Of a DNA stretch of 64,000 nucleotides, positions 27,610 to 34,253 are shown one piece after another (position 1 is the stretch's first letter; the number at the start of each line of letters is the position of its first letter). The notes beneath the pieces were generated by a model. It was not told the DNA's origin, ran no database searches, and saw only the letters and a list, made by a program, of their open reading frames with translations. Source of the DNA: Eubacteriales bacterium (GTDB lineage: Bacteria > Bacillota > Clostridia > Oscillospirales > CAG-272); the NCBI GenBank assembly GCA_045594785.1, contig JAZNZE010000004.1, positions 39,254 through 103,253 of the forward strand, given 5' to 3'. The translations under genes and the position numbers were made by a program.

Positions 27610-28056
27610 ATGAAAAAAATTCTATCCGCAATTCTTGTCCTCACTCTTGTTCTTACGGCAGCTTTTACCCTCTCGTCCTGCTCGAAAAACGACCCTGTGG
27701 GAAATGCAACTCTCGTTATCGCGACAGAGGAAAAGCAGGTATACGATATTCCGCTCTCAAAGCTTCGCGAGGGTAGCGGACTGCTGCCTGCGTTTGAATA
27801 TCTCAAAGCTGAAAAAGGACTTGAATACGATATAAACGGAACTATGATAAATAACCTCGGCGGGCTTGAAAACGACTACGAAACGGGAAGATATATTTAC
27901 ATTTACACCTCTGTAGAGGCTGATTTTGACGTAAGCGAATATAAAAAGGAAATAGAGTACGAAGGGAAAACTCTCGTTAGCTCGGGCTTTGGATTTGACA
28001 AAATGAGCCTTAAAGACGGCGCGATAATTTACGTAGGACTTATTTCCTGGGAATGA
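27610..28056 (+). CDS. DUF4430-like surface lipoprotein (transcobalamin beta-domain-like, putative B12-binding)
   Basis: ATG 27610 preceded by AAAGGAG. Signal peptide with lipobox LSSC. The C-terminal pattern (INGTMINNLGGLEND...LKDGAIIYVGLISWE) is typical of DUF4430. Lies under the cobalamin riboswitch. Confidence 0.65.
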   Translation: MKKILSAILVLTLVLTAAFTLSSCSKNDPVGNATLVIATEEKQVYDIPLSKLREGSGLLPAFEYLKAEKGLEYDINGTMINNLGGLENDYETGRYIYIYTSVEADFDVSEYKKEIEYEGKTLVSSGFGFDKMSLKDGAIIYVGLISWE

Positions 28057-28586
28057 GAAAAAGCAAAAATGCCGTAAAGTATACGGCTCTCGTTGGAATG
28101 ATGGCGGCGTCAATAGAGTGCGCAAAGCTTCTGCTTGCCGTCATTCCAAACGTAGAAGCCGTCAGCCTTCTTATAGCCCTTTATTCCTATGCGTTCGGCT
28201 GGGCGGGAGTGCTCAGCGCATTCGTCTTCGTATCTATCGAGCCTCTTGTGTGGGGAATGGGAACTTGGTTTATCTCATACCTCATTTACTGGCCTCTTCT
28301 GGCTTTTGTTTTCTTCATTTTAGGAAAAGTCAGGCTGAAAAACCGATTCGCAATAACGGGAACAGCAGTTTTTATGACCTTCTTTTTCGGCATACTTACC
28401 TCTCTTGTAGATATAGGTCTTTTTTCCGGAAGCTTTGATAATTTCTTCTATCGGTTCGGAATTTATTATGCCAGAGGTATAGTCTTTTATCTTTTGCACG
28501 TGGGCTCAAATCTGGTTATTTTTCTATTTGCCTTTCCGCCCCTAAGAAAGTTTTTGTTAAGACTAAAAATAAAATTTTTCGCATAA
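28053..28586 (+). CDS. small polytopic membrane protein, ECF-transporter S-component-like (candidate corrinoid-specific)
   Basis: 177 aa with 5-6 hydrophobic helices. The start overlaps the upstream stop (ATGA). Same riboswitch-controlled unit. Confidence 0.5.
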   Translation: MRKSKNAVKYTALVGMMAASIECAKLLLAVIPNVEAVSLLIALYSYAFGWAGVLSAFVFVSIEPLVWGMGTWFISYLIYWPLLAFVFFILGKVRLKNRFAITGTAVFMTFFFGILTSLVDIGLFSGSFDNFFYRFGIYYARGIVFYLLHVGSNLVIFLFAFPPLRKFLLRLKIKFFA

Positions 28587-28623
28587 GCAAGCGGTTTTTG
28601 TTAAGATTTCCGCTTGCTTTTTG
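28585..28623 (+). terminator. rho-independent terminator of the B12 uptake unit
   Basis: Stem aagcaagcgg / cgcttgctt followed by a T-run. Confidence 0.7.
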
Positions 28624-28719
28624 TATGCTTTGTTAAGGTTTTTATCGAATTTGTGTATTGTATTTTATCAGGGCGATTATTATAATAATCTTAGAAACAA
28701 AAACTTCCGGAGGTAAATT

Positions 28720-29952
28720 ATGATAGTTAAACAGTACATTAAAGATTTTGAAGCTCTTGAATTCGGTATGTTCGTTCATTTCGGTATTTACAGTGAAATC
28801 GGAAAGGGCGAATGGTCTCGCGATTTGCTTAAAATTCCCGCAGAAGAATACGAGGCTTACGCGGATAAATTCAACCCCGCGCCTGACTGGGCAAAGAAGC
28901 TTGCAATAACCGCAAGAGAGGCGGGCTGTAAGTATATAACTCTCACCACAAGACATCACGACGGATACTCCCTTTTCGATACTAAGGGACTTAACAGCTT
29001 TGACGCTCCGCATTGCGCAGCAGGAAGAGACCTTATACGTGAGTTTGTAAACGCTTGCCGCGAGGAAGGTCTCGTCCCCTTCTTCTATCATACTCTCCTC
29101 GATTGGCACGAGCCTACCTATAAGACCGACTTCAAGGCATACCTTAAGTACCTTCGCCGCAGCGTTGAAATTCTCTGCACCGAGTACGGAAAAATAGGCG
29201 GCCTCTGGTTTGACGGTTGGTGGGATAAGCCTGACGAGGACTGGGAATTTGACGAGCTTTACGCTCTTATAAGAAAAAATCAGCCCACCGCTATGATAAT
29301 AAACAACACGGGACTTGGCAGGCTTGGAGAGATAGGCCACCCCGAAATCGATTCGGTTACCTTTGAAAGAGGCAGACCTGTGAAGGTAAATACTCCCGAT
29401 GCTCCGAAATACGTAGCGAGTGAGATGTGCCAGATTTTCGGTGACCACTGGGGATATGCTGCTCTTGACTTCAACTTTAAGTCTATGGCGACCATAATCA
29501 AGGATTACTGCTCCTGCCGTAGCTGCGGCTCGAACTTCCTTCTTAACGTAGGCCCTATGGGCAACGGATATCTCCGTCCTCTTGACACGGCGATGCTCAC
29601 CACTCTCGGTCAGTGGATAGAAACCGTGAAAGAGGCGGTAGTAGGTACTCGTCCTTCCGAAATAGCGGTAGACGGAGAAGAGGGCGACTTCATAATGAAG
29701 GGACACGGGGCATACTATCTTTTCTGCAATAACCTTTCTCAGAGAGGAGACCCCAACGTAATTAAGCAGAAGCCGGGCGGACCAAAGTTCAGAGTTACTT
29801 TCAGCCTTGCAGAAAAGGTTAAGAATGTGAAGTGGTTATATGATGATACTTCCCTTGAGTTCACTCAGGACGGTGAAGAGGTTGTAGTAACCACGAAGCC
29901 GCAGCAATACGGAGAAAGTATGGTTGTCAAAGTAGCCAAAATCGAGGTTTAA
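28720..29952 (+). CDS. alpha-L-fucosidase (GH29)
   Basis: GH29 N-terminal pattern FGMFVHFGIYS...GEW...KYITLTTRHHDGYSLFDT...FFYHTLLDWH. No signal peptide. Confidence 0.85.
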   Translation: MIVKQYIKDFEALEFGMFVHFGIYSEIGKGEWSRDLLKIPAEEYEAYADKFNPAPDWAKKLAITAREAGCKYITLTTRHHDGYSLFDTKGLNSFDAPHCAAGRDLIREFVNACREEGLVPFFYHTLLDWHEPTYKTDFKAYLKYLRRSVEILCTEYGKIGGLWFDGWWDKPDEDWEFDELYALIRKNQPTAMIINNTGLGRLGEIGHPEIDSVTFERGRPVKVNTPDAPKYVASEMCQIFGDHWGYAALDFNFKSMATIIKDYCSCRSCGSNFLLNVGPMGNGYLRPLDTAMLTTLGQWIETVKEAVVGTRPSEIAVDGEEGDFIMKGHGAYYLFCNNLSQRGDPNVIKQKPGGPKFRVTFSLAEKVKNVKWLYDDTSLEFTQDGEEVVVTTKPQQYGESMVVKVAKIEV

Positions 29953-29957
29953 CGGGG

Positions 29958-30085
29958 ATATTTTGGTATAATTTCCCGTTTCCTCACTCGATGTAGGTAA
30001 CTACATCTTCGTTCGTCAGCCGAAAAATTCTCCTCAAAATCTCCCTCGTTAAACAGGTGGGTGAAGGGGGGTAAAACGGGAAAAA
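29958..30085. repeat. dispersed intergenic repeat family C, copy 1
   Basis: ATTTTGGTATAATTTCCCGTTTCCTCACTCGATGTAGgtaaCTACATCTTCGTTCGTCAGCCGAAAAATTCTCCTCAAAAT closely matches 51174-51248. The outer arms tttcccgttt (29971-29980) and aaacgggaaa (30073-30082) are complementary. Confidence 0.8.
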
Positions 30086-30145
30086 AATCAAAAACGAGGA
30101 AAATCGCAGTTTTTTCTTGGTTGTTTATAAAGTAACATTATGTAA

Positions 30146-30188
30146 AGCGGAGATGCCGATTTTTTAGCATCTCCGCTCCTTTTATTTG
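30146..30188 (+). terminator. rho-independent terminator
   Basis: 11-bp stem agcggagatgc / gcatctccgct followed by the T-rich CCTTTTATTT. Confidence 0.7.
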
Positions 30189-30230
30189 GTTGTGCAAAAT
30201 GTGAGAACACTTTATTTTATTTTTGCGCTA

Positions 30231-30259
30231 TTGACATAATATTTTTAATATGATAAAAT
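30231..30259 (+). promoter_or_regulatory. sigma-A promoter with extended -10 for the thyX-like/nadE unit
   Basis: TTGACA (30231-30236), 17-nt spacer ending in TGA, TAAAAT (30254-30259). Confidence 0.55.
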
Positions 30260-30298
30260 AAAAGTTACAAAAGCTTTTAAATAAAAAGGAGTCTTATT

Positions 30299-30919
30299 AT
30301 GCTCAAGGTTGAAAGAATTTCTGTAATGAATATGGAGAATGCTATAAGAGGAGCAAGAAATCCTCTTAACAGCTGGGACAGAATGGACAGCTATTACGAT
30401 GAGGACGGCAATTTCGTTCTCGGTGAAAATGACCTTTCTCTTGCTGTAAGACTTGCCAAGGCGGGCAGCGACCACAGAAAATATCTTCGTCAGATAATGG
30501 TTTCTATGGATATCACTGCGCCTCTTTACTGGTGGAAGGAATTTGACACCTACAAGGTAGGCACGGTTGCAAACTCTACCTCGACTATGCATAAAATTCA
30601 GGCAAAGAAGTTTGCGCGTGAGGATTTTTCTATGGAAAAGCTGACGGGAAAGAGCCTTGAGGTTATGGATTCGGTTATCTCTTGTCTTGAAGAAGAAAGA
30701 CTTAAATTTATAGAGACTAAGGACAAGGCAAGCTGGATAAATATGATTCAGCTTCTTCCCTCATCGTATAATCAGATGCGTACCGTTACTATGAATTACG
30801 AGGTGCTTATCAATATGTATTATGCGAGAAAGAGCCACAAGCTTTCCGAGTGGCATATTCTTTGCGATGCTATAGCAGCTCTTCCTTACGCTGATAAGCT
30901 TATACTTGTTAAAGAATAA
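30299..30919 (+). CDS. ThyX (Thy1)-fold protein lacking the canonical RHR / SxRY dUMP-binding motifs
   Basis: Collinear by eye with ThyX (AIRGARNPL ~ [34 protein letters not shown] ~ [51 protein letters not shown] ~ [26 protein letters not shown]). Where ThyX has RHRxxSxxxxSxRY this protein has [17 protein letters not shown]. Confidence 0.5.
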   Translation: [206 protein letters not shown]

Positions 30920-30931
30920 ATGGAGTTTTAA

Positions 30932-32809
30932 ATGAAAAACGGATTTTTGAAAATCGCTCTTATAAGCCCGCAAATTCGGGTTGCAGACCCGATATATAAC
31001 GCTGTGCTTTCTGTAAATTCGGCAAGAGAAGCCGCTGGGCAGGGGGCAAAGGTGCTTCTTTTTCCCGAGCTTACTCTTTCGGGCGCGACCTCCGGCGACC
31101 TCTTCTTTCAGTCTGCGCTTATAGAAAAGTGCTTTGCCGCACTTGAAAAATACGCTGAGGAAACCGCAGAGCTTGACCTGATAAGCTTTATCGGATTTCC
31201 TCTTAAATACGGTTCTAAGCTTTATGACGCGGTTGCCGCTGTTTCTCACGGAGAAATTCTCGGCATATCCACTCGCGAGCCTATGGGAAATGAAAGATAT
31301 TTTTCGGATTTCGGAGAGGCTGAATATATAAATCTTTTCGGTAAAGAGGTTCTTGTCGGCGAGAATATTATTTATTCGCTTTCGGGCACGGCTGCAAGGC
31401 TTTTCGTTGAGATTGGCGATAATGCTCACTTCGCAATTTCTCCTGCCGCTTATGCTGCAACCTCGGGCGCGAATATTATACTCGGTGCGATGGCTTCTCC
31501 CGAATATCTTACCCTTAAGGAGAGGGAAGAGCGCCGAATTCTCTCTGTGAGTGAGAGGCTTTCTTGCGCGTATGCGGTATGCTCTGCGTCCTCTTACGAG
31601 AGCGGAACTGACGGTGTTTATGCCGCAAGGCGCATTATATGCGAGGTTGGAGAGACCGTTTCTTCTGCGCCGCTGTTCTCTTCCGATATAGTATACGGAG
31701 TAATAGATACCGAAAAGGCTGACGCGCTGAGAAGCAGAAGAGCCGATTTTGATTCGCTTTGCCGCGAATATGCGGTTGTTGATTTTTCACTTTCGGAAGA
31801 CGTTATAAATCCTGCTCCGCCCAAGAGATTTCCGTTTATCCCCGATACCCAGGCGGAAAGGGAGGCGGCTTCCGCTCTTGCGCTTGCTATTCAGGCGCGC
31901 GCTCTTGCGGGCAGAATTGAGAGGGCAGGAGCAAAATGCTGTGTTCTTGGCGTTTCGGGCGGACTTGATTCAACGCTTGCCGTTCTTGTGTGCGAGAGAG
32001 CGATGGAGCTTCTCGGACGCGAAAAGACCGATGTTATAGCGATAACTATGCCCTGCTTTGGAACAAGCGAGCGCACTAAAGGGAATGCTTTGCTTCTTGC
32101 CGAGGAGCTTGGGCTTTCGGTACGCACTATTGATATAAAGAATGCTGTAAATCAGCATTTTGCGGATATAGGACAGGACGAAAACACCTATGACGTTGTT
32201 TATGAGAATGCGCAGGCGCGTGAGCGCACGCAGATTCTTATGGACGTTGCAAACAAGGAGGGCGGAATAGTTGTCGGAACAGGTGACCTTTCCGAGCTTG
32301 CTCTCGGCTTTGCTACCTATAACGGCGACCAGATGTCGATGTATTCGGTAAACGGCTCCGTGCCGAAAACGCTTATGCGCGAGATTATCAGATGCACGGC
32401 TAAATCTGCTTACAAAAAGGGCAGAGAAAATCTTGCAAAGGTGCTTCTTGACGTTATAGAAACGCCCGTAAGCCCCGAGCTTCTTCCCACCGAGGACGGC
32501 AAGGAAAACGCTCAGTATACGGAGACGATAGTCGGCCCTTATGAGCTTCACGACTTTTTCCTTTATTACACTGTTAAGTACGGATTCGGTGCTGAAAAGG
32601 TGAAGAGGCTTGCGCTTCTCGCATTCGGTGATAAGTACGCAGAGGACGAGGTCTCTGCTTACCTTAAAAAATTTCTTACCAGACTTGTAACTCAGCAGTT
32701 CAAACGCTCCTGTATGCCTGACGGCCCGCTTGTGACTGAAATTTCATTCTCTCCGAGAGGAAGTTTCGTAATGCCTTCAGACGCTAGCGTTGAGGCATTA
32801 CGAAGTTAA
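30932..32809 (+). CDS. nadE: glutamine-dependent NAD+ synthase
   Basis: 625 aa with an N-terminal CN-hydrolase (glutaminase) domain and a C-terminal NAD synthetase domain carrying the PP-loop VLGVSGGLDSTLA. Confidence 0.9.
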   Translation: MKNGFLKIALISPQIRVADPIYNAVLSVNSAREAAGQGAKVLLFPELTLSGATSGDLFFQSALIEKCFAALEKYAEETAELDLISFIGFPLKYGSKLYDAVAAVSHGEILGISTREPMGNERYFSDFGEAEYINLFGKEVLVGENIIYSLSGTAARLFVEIGDNAHFAISPAAYAATSGANIILGAMASPEYLTLKEREERRILSVSERLSCAYAVCSASSYESGTDGVYAARRIICEVGETVSSAPLFSSDIVYGVIDTEKADALRSRRADFDSLCREYAVVDFSLSEDVINPAPPKRFPFIPDTQAEREAASALALAIQARALAGRIERAGAKCCVLGVSGGLDSTLAVLVCERAMELLGREKTDVIAITMPCFGTSERTKGNALLLAEELGLSVRTIDIKNAVNQHFADIGQDENTYDVVYENAQARERTQILMDVANKEGGIVVGTGDLSELALGFATYNGDQMSMYSVNGSVPKTLMREIIRCTAKSAYKKGRENLAKVLLDVIETPVSPELLPTEDGKENAQYTETIVGPYELHDFFLYYTVKYGFGAEKVKRLALLAFGDKYAEDEVSAYLKKFLTRLVTQQFKRSCMPDGPLVTEISFSPRGSFVMPSDASVEALRS

Positions 32810-33170
32810 ATCCACACTAACGCGTGGAATAAATCTGCTACGCAGATGAAGTCCTCGCAAGGCTCGGATGAAGTCGCTGCGGCGATGTGTGGATTTAACA
32901 AAACCGAAACGGAGTTTCGACTTCATCTGCCAAAGGCAGACTTCATCACGAAGTGACTTCATCGTGCGTCAAAGCACGATTTCATTAAAGCTGCTTTATA
33001 GAATGAAAAAATCCACACTAACGCGTGGAATAAATCTGCTGCGCAGATGAAGTCCTCGCAAGGCTCGGATGAAGTCGCTGCGGCGATGTGTGGATTTAAC
33101 AAAACCGAAACGGAGTTTCGACTTCATCTGCCAAAGGCAGACTTCATCGTGCGTCAAAGCACGACTTCAC
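32808..33170. repeat. modular hairpin / 8-mer array B, tandemly duplicated with a 200-bp period (ATGAAGTC direct copies, then GACTTCAT inverted copies, separated by short hairpins)
   Basis: Copy 1 spans 32808-33007 and copy 2 spans 33008-33170. In copy 1, ATGAAGTC is at 32846 and 32868. GACTTCAT is at 32919, 32939 and 32955, with a degenerate copy at 32978. The flanking arms AAATCCACAC (32808) and GTGTGGATTT (32887) are complementary. Copy 2 is identical except for one loop SNP and the precise loss of one 16-nt hairpin+8-mer module. Confidence 0.9.
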
Positions 33171-33183
33171 TAAAGGAGTTTTT

Positions 33184-33525
33184 ATGAAAGAAAACAAGCT
33201 TGCGGATTTGACAATGGATTTTGCAGTAAACGCACTGCGCCTTGCAGACGAAATTGAGGGGCACTATGCTTTGAAAAATCAGTTTGAGCGTTCTGCTACA
33301 AGCATTGGGGCAAATCTTCGTGAAGCTAACTATGCTCAAAGCAATGCGGATTTTTTGTCAAAGCTGCAAATTGCTTTAAAAGAATGCTATGAAACGGAAT
33401 ATTGGCTTGAGCTTTTTGTTAGGTCTAATCTTTTGCCTGAGGATAAAGTCAAGGTTCTGATGCACGACTGCGGAGAAATCCGCCGCATTCTTGTCTCTTC
33501 TGTTAGAACACTAAAATCAAAATAA
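33184..33525 (+). CDS. four-helix-bundle protein (23S rRNA intervening-sequence protein / Avd-like family)
   Basis: 113 aa with the family pattern MDFAVNALRLADEI...LKNQFERSATSIGANLREANYAQSNADFLSKLQIALKECYETEYWLEL. AAAGGAG RBS. Confidence 0.8.
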   Translation: MKENKLADLTMDFAVNALRLADEIEGHYALKNQFERSATSIGANLREANYAQSNADFLSKLQIALKECYETEYWLELFVRSNLLPEDKVKVLMHDCGEIRRILVSSVRTLKSK

Positions 33526-33620
33526 AGTTAATAAAATACTAACGTTTTTATGTCTTTTTTGGATTTGTGTGCAATAGTAGATTTGCTAATACTTTAATAA
33601 GTGCATGTAGAGGGAAAATA

Positions 33621-34244
33621 ATGGCAAATATTTTTGACCTTTTTAAGAAAATAGAGAAAAGCAGTGAGACTGCGCCGATAACCCATATTATCGTTGGGCT
33701 TGGCAACGTTGGCTCTGAGTACGTAAAGACGAGGCATAATATCGGCTTTATGGCAATAGACTATATTGCTGAGAAGGCGGGCGTGCGAATAGACCGTCTG
33801 AAATTCAACGCTTACGTTGGAGAGGGAACTCTCGGCGGAAAAAGAGCTCTTTTTATGAAGCCTACAACGCTTATGAACCGTTCGGGACTTGCGATAGGCG
33901 AGGCGGCGGCATTTTATAAGATACCGCCTGAGAACATTTTGGTTCTTTGCGATGAGATAAGCTTTGAGCCGGGCCTCTTCCGCATAAGGAGAAAGGGCTC
34001 TGCGGGAGGTCATAACGGACTTAAGAGCATTATTGCCTCTCTCGGCTCGGAGAATTTTCCGAGAATAAAAATCGGGGTAGGGCAGAAGCCCACTCCCGAA
34101 TACGACCTTGCGGCGTGGGTGCTGGGAAAATTTTCCGAAAGCGCTCTTTCCGAGGTCAGCGCAAGATATAACGATATATATTCCTCGGCTGAGCTTATTT
34201 TTATGGATAAGTGCGAGGAAGCTATGAACAAATTTTCAAAATAA
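33621..34244 (+). CDS. pth: peptidyl-tRNA hydrolase
   Basis: Start ATG 33621 (MANIFDLF), preceded by AGAGGGA. Motifs VGLGNVGSEYVKTRHNIGF and GSAGGHNGLKS. Confidence 0.9.
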   Translation: MANIFDLFKKIEKSSETAPITHIIVGLGNVGSEYVKTRHNIGFMAIDYIAEKAGVRIDRLKFNAYVGEGTLGGKRALFMKPTTLMNRSGLAIGEAAAFYKIPPENILVLCDEISFEPGLFRIRRKGSAGGHNGLKSIIASLGSENFPRIKIGVGQKPTPEYDLAAWVLGKFSESALSEVSARYNDIYSSAELIFMDKCEEAMNKFSK

Positions 34245-34253
34245 GGTGAACTT

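Noticed and set aside
28642-29706. 354-aa ORF on the - strand
   Set aside because: It is antisense to the GH29 fucosidase gene, with no RBS and a shadow-frame composition.
32808-33096. DnaA-box cluster or replication origin (AAATCCACA / TGTGGATTT occurs four times)
   Set aside because: The motif matches only 7 of 9 positions of TTATCCACA. The copies are accounted for as the paired arms of the duplicated unit. There is no AT-rich unwinding element or dnaA/dnaN context. Weak DnaA binding cannot be excluded.
32808-33170. Possible CRISPR array
   Set aside because: The repeated unit is only 8 nt. The 'spacers' are self-complementary hairpins, the second half is the inverse of the first, and there are no cas genes or leader. 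The same reasoning applies to 21944-22160.
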